The position numbers and the translations under genes were made by a program. This document shows positions 1-13,551 of a stretch of DNA of 64,000 nt, one piece after another (the stretch's first letter is position 1; the number at the start of each line of letters is the position of its first letter). Under the pieces are notes generated by a model that saw only the letters and a program-made list of their open reading frames with translations, made no database searches and was not told the DNA's origin. This DNA comes from Laetmonice hystrix (taxonomy: Eukaryota), in assembly GCA_965235115.1 (NCBI GenBank), contig OZ249436.1:37822001-37886000 (forward strand), read 5' to 3'.

Positions 1-3000
1 ATTTGTTGCGAGACGGTAGGAAGGAAAAGAGAGTGAGACGGCACAGTAATCAATGATGGCTTCCACAAGAGAGCAGGTGTGTGATGCATTCACGTACATC
101 AAAAAACGAAGTGTCTCCTGGGATAACCCCTTGTACACATGTATATGACAACCTCTTTATTCCACTATGTATATAGGCATGGCCTTCTTTGGCGTTTTCA
201 AACTGTATAATCATGTAAAACATTTCGCAGTACGTTAAGGGGAAGGAGGACCGTAAAATTTCAGTAGTAAACTTTGACATTTTTTGAGTTTTTTCAATTT
301 ATTACCATGTAAGCATCACATAATCACCAAAAAAATGATATGCTTCCATGCTAATTTTTGTAGTATGGGGGTTTTTCAACTGCCCCCTGCCTGAAAATAT
401 GGCAAATTCTGACGCACTTCCATGTCTCGTTTCAGGCAAAAGAAATACATCAAATAATATCAAATGTATATTTTTTTTTACCTAGAAGGACTGAAATGTA
501 ACATACCTACCACACTGTACTAAAAAATATCCCGATTAAACAATTTTTTTTCAGATTTTGTATTTTTGCCGAGGTGATTGCATATATTTTTCATCGTAAA
601 ATCCCACCTTTTTCAATAACAGGAGAAAACTGGTAGTAAATGTTATATTTTTTTTGGCTAAAATTAAAGACAATGACCAACTCTCATCAAATCAGTAAAA
701 AAAAATATACCATTCCAGGGTAATTTTTTTGGTAGGACCCCTTTTTTGTAGGAAATTTACCCATTTTTACCCAAAATTCGGGTTTTTTGCTCCTACAAAC
801 TAATTAGTGGTGAATGTATTTATACAGTTTTGGCCTATAATTAAAGATAATGACCATTTTCATCAAAATAAACTAAGACATCTATGTCATTTCAGGTAAA
901 CGTGCCCCTGTGACCACCTTTTATGTTGTTGAAAAGGGCCCCAAATCACCCCCCCCCCCTCCCATGGCAGGTCACACTGTGGCCAGTGGCAGTGGTACAG
1001 GCCGGCTACTATTGTGACGTTAGAAATTAGGCCCTATTGTTCAGTAGTTCCAAAAGTATTGTGACGTCACAGTATCTGAGTGATGACAATAGGACTGTTC
1101 TGTCAAATATCATAGTCATTCTACTCAGATTCACTCAGCTAATTGACTCAGTTGAGTCTAACAGAAACCTAAATAATCCACTCAACTCCACTCGACTTAG
1201 CTGAGTGACTTTGCTGAGTGTGTTGAGTGGAGTGAAACTTGAGTGTAAGAGAAACCGGGCCCTGGCAGATGGAGACCGTCACTGGATTTGTGACTGCTAG
1301 TTCTTGTCTGTGCCACTGGGGCGCCACTGTAGGCCTACTATGCGCGTAAACCTGCGCAGTGGTCTGATTTGCTTCGGTGATAGGCCCGCTCTCAGACAAT
1401 ACAGTGCTCAGTAGGAGGAAACAGTATTGGCGCCGAATCAACATTCGTGCACTCTCTCGGTGTAGAGTACTTAAAAGAATTACTGACACCTATCGAAATA
1501 AGTACGACATTGTCCCGGGCCCAGTTTTTCAAAAATTCTCAACTTGAGTAAAGCTTACTTAAGCAAACTAACAGGCTTCTGATTGGCTGATTCCGAAAGG
1601 GCGTAAAGTTACCAATCGACCATAACCTCCACATCTGGGATTACATGTACAACGGGGTCAACGGCCCATCGTAATCAAGCCACCAGGCCCCACCGCCGCC
1701 GTAAACACACCTGTTACCGTCCCTGCTGACAGTAATTCGTTTTAATTCCTGCAGTGAGAAGTAGTGGCATACACACTGTCACGTAACATTTGTTGTAGGT
1801 GTAACCATCCATGAGGTGTCAGTACAGAAGTGGATCCAAGACAAACATATTATTCAACGACGATATACAACTAATAAGTCTCCTACACGTATACTTATTC
1901 GTAACTTAACTCTTGCCTTCATTTTTGGGGGGTGCTTTCAAAAACTTATTGACTTTTTTAGAGAGAGAGAGAAAATCTAATACTGATCGACAGAAGAAAA
2001 AAGGAAAAGGTCGAGAAAAACATATTGATCAGATTTTCGTTTTAATCCTTGTATTAAGTCTAAAATCATTACCATGCCTCTTATAAGACGCCCCACCCTG
2101 ATTTCGAAAGGATTGGAAATAACCTTAAGACGTTTGTGGGCTGCCCCTTGAAACCGCCAAAGTGCTTATTTGCGGCGGTGCCATGTCACGTGGTGTTAAG
2201 AGGCCACCTGGTGGCAAGGTCGGGGGTGAGGCCGCAGCCGTTGCGGACGCCGGTCGCCGCCAGGGGAGCACGACCCGGTGTGACGTATGCTGTCACGGGG
2301 AGTGGAAAGGTTGACGACTGACCGACCCAGCCAGCCATGTTGGACAGGATGGACGTGCCTCCATCTCCAAGGGTTCCACCTTGCCGCCAGCATCTCCCTC
2401 TCCACACATCGCCACACCCATTCCCCATCACACCCTCACCCTTTCCCACTCACCTTAAGATCGTTATTGATCTGTAACCCCACTTGGCGCACCCCAATGC
2501 ATTACCCTCACAGACGCTGCCAACAGGACAGAGTCGAAAAGCAATAATCTGCATGTCGGGACATCACCTATGATGGACGCGTGGCGCTTGCTGCTGGCAT
2601 GAGATTCTAAATGACGCAGCAGTATTCTATATATGCGGGGCTCCCTTAAACGCCACGGGTCCTTGCCCGTCACGTGACAGAGGACAGAGGTGGTCAATTC
2701 ATTTGCTGTCCGATTCATTCACTGTCTGGTCAGGGACAGACTGGTCAGTGTTGGAGTGGTCAGAGGAATACCAAATGGATGCAGTGTCAGCACTTGCGTT
2801 TGTCGCCCGCCTGACGGGCCAGAACGGATTAATGCGAGAATCACAGGCACCTTAAGGCAATATGTGCTGCCAGCCCGTGGCGGTGGTGATGGAAAATGTC
2901 ATGTCCTGTGTCACAGTCGACAACTTCTGCTACTGCAGCTGCTGCAGCTGCTAGAGCTGCTGCTGCTGCTGAGCTGCTACTGCTACGGTTGAAACAATTC

Positions 3001-5871
3001 GTTATGTGTTTCCACTCAAAATGCTGTCATGAACAGCATAAATTCTAGTCAAAAGATAAAATTTTTGTCAGAAGATAAATCTTTGTCACCAGGCACATGC
3101 TGATGCACTTCCGTACATAGGAAAGGGCAAGAGCAAGAGCAAGTTCTCCAACTATAAGAATAGAAGGCACAGGTGCCCTGCTGCTGATCCACCAGACTGA
3201 CAATAGTGTCACGTTTAAAAAAAACGTACAAAATATACTATATTAAACAAGTATAGATTTCATATATGTGTCGTTCATAAGAAAAACCTATGGGTGACGT
3301 CTTTATCAAAACGTATTTTTAACCCAAATTCCGAATATTAACTTTCTCCAGCACAGGTCTCCAACGTTACTACTTCCAGGAAATGTCATCAATCTTGAAT
3401 CACTGCCTTTCTTAAAACGAAACAGCCCGCAAGTTTCGCCCCAGAGATTAGAATGGTCTCAGCAGTGACGCCAGGCCCCTTAGGTTGACGGATAACAAGG
3501 GCCACTTCCCCCTGGGGAACCATGACTGACGTGATACTGAAGACTGTGACTAATCGAACCAACTAAAACATAATATAAATCAATTAACCGCCTGGTTCCA
3601 AGCCAAGACCGTTACCGTTAAAAAAGAAACTCCGTCTTTGGGTCTGTCTGTCTGGCTGGATTAGTCCATCATCCTGCAGACTGCAATTGTCGTTTGGAGG
3701 AAGAATGGACGCTGTGGGGAGTGAGACGCTGTGAGGGGACGCAGAGTGAAGGATGATTGATGGAGGAGACGCTGGGCCCAGCGTCCCAGTTGTGTGTGTC
3801 TTGGAAGAGTAGTCGCTCACCCCGGGCCGTCTGTCCCCCCAGAGTGACTGTTGGTTCAGACGGCACAGCTGGACCCACACATCTGAGACCATCACAGGCA
3901 AAACAACGCCATCCAATGTAGCATCTTTACTACAAAACCTCCGCTCAATTACCTTGGCGTGTTCGGTAAATAAAGGTAAATTGACGTATTACGGGCAACA
4001 CAAGAACATTGCTCAGTCTGGGACCAAAGTTTTACAAATCAGCGATGGGAATTATTAAAAGAAAGTGTTCCGCAATGAAAATCAAAATGGTATGTTATAC
4101 TTTATTAATCAATCTGGGAGTTAGAAATCTATATGTGGCCGATAACATTTACCTGTTAAATATTTGTCTAGTTTGTAACAAGCCTTTATTTACCGCAACT
4201 CCTGCAGAAGGGCCAAAAGATGTCTTACTCCTTATTCTGACCTGACTGGGTTATTTTTCAGTGGAGCATCCTTTCACAGTTTGTGCGCAAAGAAAGATTG
4301 ATGAATCGCCAAAGAGGATCCAAGTCAAACTAAACCTTCCTACATTACCTGCAAGAAGGGTGTCCAGCACGGCCACCTGACCTGTGATCAAAAGCTTGAG
4401 GTTCACTGAGCCCAGATATGAGGCGCTGATATTAGCTTTGAGCTCGCTGTTGGTAAAAGCTCGTGAAGCTCGCTTCCTAAATAGTCCCGTACAATTACAA
4501 TTACTATCTATAGGTAAGCTGTCAAAGAACCCCAACATCCTCCACAGGTACACTTCAATTTCTATGCATCCCTCCAAAATGTGTGCTAAAATCGTGGTTA
4601 CTCAATTAGCAATTGACTACAATGAGCATAAAATTTATAGTAAAGAAAGTACTTTGCTATTCCATAAATTTGACATTGAGATAGACCAGCTGGTCGTCTT
4701 TATGTTTTCAAGGTAAAATAATATTGGTTATTTCAGTTATTTGAATTTCACAGAAGAGCACTCATCCTGACATTCTTTTACCTTGATGTGATTTCACTAT
4801 AAACTCTGTTAGTTGAACCCACAAACCCAATAATTCAATCATCAATCACAAAACTGCAGATCTACTCCGCACATAAAATATACCAAAACTTTACTTCAAG
4901 ATAAAACGTTTATCAATATATTTCTGTTGGGATATTCTAATACCCAAGCTGTTGCCTACATATTTGATGCCACGTTATGAAAAGCTTTCATTTTCTAGCG
5001 TGAGACCAGTGAGCGAGACTAAGAAGAGACCAGGGAGAGAGACGGAGGCTGTATTTAATAAATGCCCAGATTGCGCCTTGGTGCCATTTAATTTAACTGT
5101 CATTAATTCTCCAGTGACGAGTGCCACCGAACTGCCAAGTGCGGTCACTGTGCTGCCCCCTGGCCGCAGCGGTCAGCGTAGTCAGGTAAATTCGTGTTCA
5201 CAGCACGCAGATCGATGGAGGGGGGGGGGGGGGAGGGGGGGTGGAAAAGGTGGCGACCCTGGCATCACCCTACACAGAGCTAACCTTCCTACCATCAACC
5301 AAAAAAGACGAAAGAAAAAAACTAAAACGGATTCTCTGGGACCTGGGGACTAGTTTTGGGGAATCTATTGGGGAAAACATTCACTCTGGTCCATATGGCG
5401 CGGTTCCTGCCGTATTGGCTGTTGAACATGCCGAGCTCTCTCTGAAATGCTCTGGGTTAGTGCTTAGCGACTTCTTCGCTGCTTTGTGGCTGTAATGGTG
5501 CTTAATGTTGGGGAACAGCACTTTAGGCCGAGCAATTTGAACGTCGATGTTATAGACGGCCGGGAGTGGGTCAGGTGGCCGACTGTCGGACTGATGTAGG
5601 GAGGTCTAGACAGAGGGCCTGGCCGGCTACAAATTATGCCAAAGGAACGGAGAATCGACCAGCGTTTGGAGGAGTGCATCATATACTGGGCTTCGCTCGA
5701 CCACGTGACTGTAGTGTTTGGAGGGCCTGAGTCCGTGGTCATGCATACAGAATATTGGTGGTAGATTATCTTTATGAATAGTTTATATGATCGGACCAAG
5801 GGAGCAAGCCTCGCCATCCAATCAGACTGTCTACATCGTCCCAAGTATTGGAGGCACCAGAAAATTACAAC

Positions 5872-6781
5872 ATCCAACTTTGTTACACTCTCACGGAATA
5901 AACATACAAAAAATACTAACTTCACGACACTCTCACGGAATAAACATACAGAAAACACTAACTTGGTGACACTCACAGAATAAACATACGGAAAACACTA
6001 ACTTTGTGACACTCTCACGGAATAAACATACAGAAAACACTAACTTCACGACACTCTCACGGAATAAACATACAGAAAACACTAACTTGGTGACACTCTC
6101 ACAGAATAAACATACGGAAAACACTAACTTTGTGACACTCTCACGGAATAAACATACAGAAGACACTAACTTCACGACACTCTCACGGAATAAACATACA
6201 GAAGACACTAACTTCGTGACACTCTCATGAAAAACACTAACTTTGTGATACTCTCACGGAATAAACATACAGAAAACACTAACTTCGTGACACTCTCACA
6301 GAATAAACATACAGAAAACACTAACTTCGTGACACTCTCACAGAATAAACATACAGAAAACACTAACTTCGTGACACTCTCACAGAATAAACATACAGAA
6401 AACACTAACTTCGTGACACTCTCACAGAATAAACATACAGAAAACACTAACTTCGTGACACTCTCACGGAATAAACATACAGAAAACACTAACTTCACAA
6501 CCCTCTCACGGAATAAACATACAGAAAACACTAACTTCGGAACACTCTCACGGAATAAACATAGAGAAAACACTAACTTTGCGACACTCTCAGTGAGTCT
6601 CACGGTGACGGAATAAACAAACAGAAAACACTAACTTCGGAACACTCTGACAGAATAAACAAACAGAAAACACTAACTTCGGAACACTCTGACAGAATAA
6701 ACAAACAGAAAACACTAACTTCGGAACACTCTGACAGAATAAACAAACAGAAAACACTAACTTCGGAACACCCTCACGGAA
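5872..6781. repeat. 42-bp minisatellite, about 21 units (DMXL intron 2)
   Basis: Unit CACTAACTTCGTGACACTCTCACAGAATAAACATACAGAAAA. Confidence 0.95.
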
Positions 6782-9720
6782 GAAAACACCATGTCCATGA
6801 CACCGCCACGGAAGTAAATGCAGGACCCCAGTAAGCACCTAATAATAGTAGCAAGTCTTGGGGATGTTGTAAAGAAGTGCCCTTCAATGTTATTACAAAT
6901 GTCGTCGGATGGGACAAAGTATCAAAAGGTGGATCTGGTAGGCCAAGTTTTGAAAATCATGAGAATTTCTGCTTTTGACTGTCCCCTCAGAGATTCATGT
7001 CAACGATATGGCAAAAAAAGGTGGCAGGAATAATTTAGCACGCGAGGAGTATTAAAGGAACACATAGGCCTATATATTTTCATATAATCAGAAGAGAGGG
7101 AAACATCATTTTCCTTCGAACTAATGTCTTTTATGACTTTTTACTATCATGTGAACAAAACTGCTGATAACACTAGTTGACATTACAAATCTCAGATTGG
7201 AAAATTGTTTCAGTATTTTCCACATAACTTGCCCCAGTGCCTTCTATAGTAATGTCCCAGGAGTGGGGGCACTGTTTGCACTGTGGAGTCGGGAGATCAT
7301 GAAGCCAGCGGGATGGACGAACCTGGGGCAGGGCCCACTGTACTCGGTTGACCTTTCCTAATGCCGCAGCATACCGTCAGTCAGTCCGAGAAAAACGGAC
7401 AAACCGAGCACCCCCACCCTACCGGCCCTTACATCCCGGTCCTTCACTCAGCCCAGGACCGAATCCAATCTCTGCTCGCTGGTAATTCATAAAACAAGGC
7501 TTATCTGGTGTCCAAGTCAACATGCAGACAATGGTGGACTTTGAGATGACCCCCGGCCATCCCCTATTGTAGCCCGGCGAACTCTCTGTGTCTCCTGACT
7601 ATTGCCACTATCAGTTTGAGACATTCTCTCATAAATACGCTGGGGTAATATGACTACTCTGTTCTATGCGTGAGTAAGGGCGTGGGGTGTGTGTGTATGG
7701 GGGGGGGGGTGAGCGTCCCATTCTATTTTCCCACCCATGGATCCATTTCAGGTGGGCCCGGCTCGCCTTCCTCGTGTGCTTTCGCTTATCGATCGGTGAT
7801 AGCTGATGACTGATGCCGGCATGCTATTGGTATTACCAGTCGGCGGGCCAGTCGACGTTGGAAGGCAAGGGAGCGGCTATGAATACAACGTCATGCTTGC
7901 TTTGTTACACTGGTGCCCTGCAATGGTCCCCCTCCCCCTCCTCCTCCTCCTCTGCCGCCGCCGGAGCCGCTGGGATAGACTGGCGGGGCTTAGTACGGCC
8001 TCTTGCGCATGCAAGGCAAACATCAGTCTTCTTGCTGTCAAACAGCCCCACACTCTCTTCCCGGGACCCCCCCCCCCCCTTACAAACCTCACCCCACCCT
8101 ACCCTACCCAACCCAACCGCCCCGCATATCAACCACACCCCGCAACACAATGTAAAGTATAGACGATCTCCATTACAGCTTCATGATTTCTTATTGCTGC
8201 CTTCAATCTGATATTAATAATCAACATGGAATCTAACGCAATGAACACACAATTTGAAAATGATTAATGTGTTCGTAAGCGTCGGTCCGATTCCAACATT
8301 CGTGAGAAGACGGTAACTTACAAATATGCAAGGTAGTACAGTAAACTGCACCGTACTTCTTATCTCCGTGCAATGATACCGTCACCACCCTTGTAAATGT
8401 GTGAATTTTATTTCCTCATTTTGGACCACGCAAACATTAGGCCTACCTGTCCAGGCAATTATGAACTACGACTGGCGTGAAAAACAATGGGATATAATAA
8501 ACGGTCCAATTGAGAGACTAAACTCTAGTCTTATTTCAAACTGCTTGGGGCGTCAACATGGAATGTAGATGCAGTCCCTTCTCCTTTATTCGTAAACCGA
8601 AACCAATTAGTCACTATGATATCCTGCTGGTCTACATACGATCAATGAGCGATGATTTCAAAATATCTTTTTCGATAGTATTTCTTAGTTTATTCATATT
8701 TCTTAGTAATATTTTGGAGGGGGGGAGTACTACCAATACAAGGAGCACCCCTCAATTATATTAAATCCAAATTCGCTGTACATGACGGAGGAAGCTATCT
8801 TGTATCGTTGTGATTATGGTTAAGGTAGAACGAGTGCCTGACATGAACAGGAGTTGTACGGTGTCTCCTTCCTCAGCACCAGAAGATCAGATGTCACGAT
8901 GTATTGCTGAACTGCGTCCTGTCCCCCCCCCCTGCTCACCGGCCTATAATTTCAAGCGCCATCCCCATGTACTGGCATGCAGTCCATATAGTATCACCTG
9001 TATCTCTTTACAAATTTACCAACAGTTCCTCAATATGCTCCAAAAACAGTTAACTTTGTAATTGTAGAATGATGACCTCCAAGCTCCGATTTCAAGAAAG
9101 TGGTTAAGTTAGCTAAGCTGGTTAAAATCGTGGTTAACTCTCTGTTTCCTGATTCGTTAACCTCTGGTTCAAATTCATCTTAACCAACTTGGTTAACTTA
9201 ACCACTTCCTTGAAGCCGGGGACATAAAACTGATGAATACATGAAAACATTTTTCCACGTACAAATTACCGCCTTGTCCTGGTTTCTTTCTCATTTCATC
9301 ATCCTCATCGGCATAACCCCAACAATTCACTCACTCACCCTAATCCACACTTTTTATCATCGAAAACTGGGTTAACTACAAAGAGTCCTAGCGTGGATCC
9401 GCCCATTACAGCCCCAGATTATAGCCCGCCCTATGATATACATGGTCTGTTGGTATTAAACGTTGGCATGAATTATTCCCCCAATGGTAACATTTCCAGT
9501 GAAATTAGGGGGTGCGTTAGGGTTAGTGGCACGTCTAGGAATAGGGACAAGTTTTGGGGGCTGGTTGGGGACCGATGTTGGGGGTTAGGGCTATTTTTTT
9601 GGACTAGGAAATGTTAAAGATTTTTATTTCTTACCAGCATATTTTATGGAGACGCTACCATAGGGGTTCTAGTACATCCTGGCATGCCGGGTTGGTATTG
9701 GGGTGGGGTACTGTACTCAC

Positions 9721-9846
9721 CTTGCCGGAGTCGGTGCAGCAGTCGATACAGGTGACCTGAATGTTACCATGAATGGCGCCTGGGACGATCTGAACCCGCT
9801 GGAAGTCGCTGGCGAGGATCACAATATCACATCCTGCAGCATACGC
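9721..9846 (-). CDS. DMXL: DmX-like / Rabconnectin-3 alpha, coding exon 2 (42 aa); further exons not found, probably left of the window
   Basis: Translates AYAAGCDIVILASDFQRVQIVPGAIHGNIQVTCIDCCTDSGK, the direct continuation of the DMXL N-terminus (AYxxGCDIVILxxDFxxVQIIPGAKHGNIQV). Acceptor ttttag, donor GTGAGT, 126 nt, phase 0/0. Absent from the ORF track in this frame. Confidence 0.93.
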
Positions 9847-9879
9847 CTAAAACACAGCAAAAATCTACCGGTCAGCACT

Positions 9880-10041
9880 CACATGGCTAAAACTGAGTCA
9901 GCAGTGTAATACGGCTAAAAATTCGGGGTCAGTCATGTAATATGGCTCAAAACTCAGGGTCAGTGCTTGGGTCAGTCATGTAATATGGCTCAAAACTCAG
10001 GGTCAGTGCTTGGGTCAGCAATGTATTATGGCTCAAAACTC
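9880..10041. repeat. Short degenerate tandem repeat (43-bp unit) next to the DMXL exon 2 acceptor
   Basis: GGGTCAGTCATGTAATATGGCTCAAAACTCAGGGTCAGTGCTT repeated about 2.5 times plus degenerate units. Confidence 0.8.
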
Positions 10042-11438
10042 TGTGTTTGCCTTGGAGTCTACAGGAATATCATATCCACTGCAATATCATGGCACAAATC
10101 TCTACGAGGTCAGTTCCGGATCCGATCAGCACTGTAATATATGCCGGCACAAACCACCGCTAATACGTTCTCTTTTTTAGGCCTTTTTCTTATACATGTA
10201 CACAATACTGCACACAATATGTCTCACAATGACATGGCATGCGTACCTGTGCATGAGGTATTCTTCCAACAACTACAAACGAAACACGATATGTTATATT
10301 TTGCATGTGGAAGACAGCCACTACTGCAGCTGGTACAATCGAAGCTGAATACCAGTCGTAACTAACAATTCTTCTTTGACAAAAAAATGTTCATAACTCA
10401 CTGTTAGATAGCAGACATCATATCAGTGTATACCAATGTCATACCAGCCACAGCGTCGACAAAAACACTTGAGATCAAGTAGAGTCCAAAACCAAGAAGT
10501 AGATGATACAAGTGTATTAGCAGTCAGCACTGGCATGAGACCACTCTCCCAATCACGATAGAAACCACTCCGCCCGAGAAGACTACTGCTACCTCGTAAT
10601 TCACTGGTCCAAATGTCATGATTTACACCTTACAAGGCACCTTGAGACGGATTTGTAAACTCTTTTGTGTTTAGATTGGATATGACAAATGATGAAAACA
10701 ATAAAATGATGACTTTGTCTTGCAATGAGGGAAGGGCCTCTTATAATGTCTCTGTGGCCACAAACTGACGTCTGTCTTCACGTTAGAAAATTACTTCCAA
10801 CCTTTTCAGCCCCTTTTCATGCAACAATGCAACGTTAGTTGTAACATGTTATTTTTAGACAAAATGCTGTCTTTAGACCAGAGTAACTGCCTAAAGGGCG
10901 CTGCTAAATGGGCACTGAAAGTGACGGGTGCGACAGCCACGCGATGGGCCAGCAACCAGTCAACGTACAGGCTCGACAATGCAGGACGCCCTCTGACGGC
11001 CAGGAACATTTACTACATTTAGGAACATTTACTTAGGAAACAAGGGGGGGCATGCCCCCCTACTCAATAGTTGGGGGGGGGGGGCAGAGTATGTCTGCCC
11101 CCTCCAAATATTAATGCTCCTGGAAACGGAATATTATAGGTATATTATCTTCATACATAGCATTCAAAAATAATGAAAAAAGATGGCCACATATGAGTAA
11201 GTTATTTTGCATAGAGGTATCAGTCACTGGATGGATTTCTGTGCTAAAATATCACACACCCCTATTAGACCCCCGGAATACTCAGTCAGCTGCTCCACTC
11301 TAGGCTGGTTCATTTCATAATGTCCAGTCATATGACCTATCGTAGCGGCACCTAGCGTCAACTCTGGAGTAATTCGGTGGCCCTGCTGGTATAATCGGCG
11401 TCACGTGTTACCGCGGAACAAGGGAGGGGGGGTCAATC

Positions 11439-11468
11439 CATAGACGTAAAGGGCCCTTTACGTCTATG
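11439..11468. mobile_element. 30-bp perfect palindrome with 7-bp TSD (P-element-like termini)
   Basis: GTCAATC | CATAGACGTAAAGGGCCCTTTACGTCTATG | GTCAATC. Confidence 0.75.
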
Positions 11469-11831
11469 GTCAATCTGAAGGCTGATCTTTATCAGACCTT
11501 TCAGTTCTGCCGGCAGAAGCTCTACCGGCAAATCAATGTGATTTCCAAGTATCCCGGAACACCCCCCCCCCCTTGAAAAAAATTACTATTTTTGTAAAAT
11601 ATGAGTGTAAAAACTGCATTATTTTAACCAGAGGAAATCTTCATATTTCCAAACAAGACGTTCTGAGATTACATTTTTTTTTTTTAATTTCCCAGAGGAT
11701 AATGGCCTAAGGCCATCTCTGAAGTACCTAGACTTAGGACCCCCCAACCAATTTCTGGATACGCCCCTGGTACTGGAAGATCACCCATTGTAGAACCATC
11801 TCCACGAACCTATTCCTGACCCCTAGTCCAG

Positions 11832-11984
11832 GGCCCGGTTTCAGAGAGCTTAGCATCTAAACTTAAGCTCTGCTTAGGGCATCTGATTGGCTGGTCCTCT
11901 GCTGCACAGCTTCAACAAGCCAAACAATGAGAGGCCCTAAGCAGAGCTTAAAACTTAAAATCCTAACCTTTCTGAAACCGGGCC
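11832..11984. mobile_element. Harbinger/PIF-like MITE
   Basis: TIRs GGCCCGGTTTCAGA / TCTGAAACCGGGCC with CAG/CTG flanks; related ends at about 1250-1263, 1517, 19485 and 39117-39130. Confidence 0.7.
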
Positions 11985-13338
11985 CTGATCCACAGACCTC
12001 TCCATAAAACTTTCCCCTATGTCTAGATCTACCCTACCCCTACCCCACCCTGATTTCGTGGAAATGTTACGATACGGGAATACCCGTGTGGAGTATCTGC
12101 CGTCCTCAGTGTACCGTAGTCCCCGGCCTGCAGTGGTCACAGGGGACCCGCAGCCAGTACAGGACTGCCATCACCATGACAGACAGGTCGGTCAACAAGC
12201 CACCTGAGCTACTCATTACCCAACTCCAGTGCTGACACACCAGAGGATTTAGTTTCGATCAGCTGCCCTCTTCCTCCTTCTCCTACTCCCGGGCTCCCTG
12301 CCATCAAACAGCCGGTCCATCCTAAGGCAAACCTTCCTAGTATCACTCACGACATAGCTCAACAAACGCGCTAAAAACAACCACATTGCCAAGTACCTTT
12401 AATGTGGCCGGGGAGGGGGGGCTCTCAGACCTGTCATCAAGAGCCACACTAGACAGTTAGATAATGCTGCTAATGAGACACACAGTAACCTTTGTGGTCA
12501 AACTGAAAACAAATAATTACCCACGCTCTCTTAGTGCCACTGAGAGATCAACTCCCTTCTCGCATGTCTCATGGCCGTCTCCGTTTCATGTCCACCTCCC
12601 ATTTTTTGTCTCCTCTTGATTGATCATTTCAAAGCACTGATTCTATGAGTCAGACAGAGACGTGTTCAGGCTAGATACGTCCAAATGGCTGGATATGTCC
12701 CGTGGGGGATATCTCGGACATATCCAGCTGATATTTGGGGACAAAACTAAATCTGCTGACATATCTAGCTGATTTAGGGAGAGAATGAGAGACAGACAGA
12801 GATTGAAACACTGCCAACCACAGACACTAATCTGGGTCTCTCAATATGTACATAATTGCAGGTGTGTTATGTGTCGGGTCCTCCTATCTCCTTCTAAAAA
12901 CGCATAAACTTCCTCTTTCAGTATCATACACATTGTCTTCTCGATTTTTTGTTTGTCACACTTTCATCTATACCAGTCTAACTACATTAAAGTTGTCCAA
13001 ACATGTACATCAATATCATTGATAGATTTTAATGTCACAGTCAGCTGAAAAGTTCAAAAGGGTATAATTCCAAGTCCCTGACCGCTGAACGCACCATAAA
13101 GTAGGGAACAAACAGGACTAACGTGATGCTACGCGATATGTCACGATTATGAAAACTAAGCTTTCAGGGCTATCTTGACCGTATCATCCAAGTACTGTCA
13201 AGATTATATGATTGAAGTTTTAAATGTGCTTTAACTGGGCTGGGACTCAGGGAAGTACCAGCCCCGTGTCGTCAAGATTGATGGTGACGTCGCAATCAGT
13301 ATCAGCACAATCTGACAGTGAAAGAACAAAGCTCGTAA

Positions 13339-13551
13339 AGCCGGTTGCACATATACCGACCCGACCGCCCGATCGCCCGATCGGGGAGGATCGGGCCGGT
13401 TGGTCGGTATATGTGCAATACATTTCGACCCGACTGGGTCGCGGGAACGGGCGGTCGGGTCGGGGAATCGGCGGTCGGGCAAAGTCTGACATGTCAGACT
13501 TTGCCCGACCGAGTCGGCCGTTCGGGTCGCGAACGGGATATGTGCAACCGG
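13339..13551. mobile_element. GC-rich multi-hairpin MITE
   Basis: TIR CCGGTTGCACATAT / ATATGTGCAACCGG; internal perfect palindrome GGTCGGGCAAAGTCTGACATGTCAGACTTTGCCCGACC. Confidence 0.7.

Noticed and set aside
5774..6838. Repeat-protein ORFs on both strands
   Set aside because: By-products of a 42-bp unit without stops; frame broken at about 6227; no splice or domain support.
9395..9680. Telomerase RNA template or interstitial telomere (TTAGGGTTAG)
   Set aside because: Isolated motifs within a MITE-like repeat; no pseudoknot or H/ACA context evident.
1..9720. DMXL exon 3 (IAASYG..IFEP-like)
   Set aside because: Not found by eye on the - strand; probably outside the window, though a diverged short exon could be missed.
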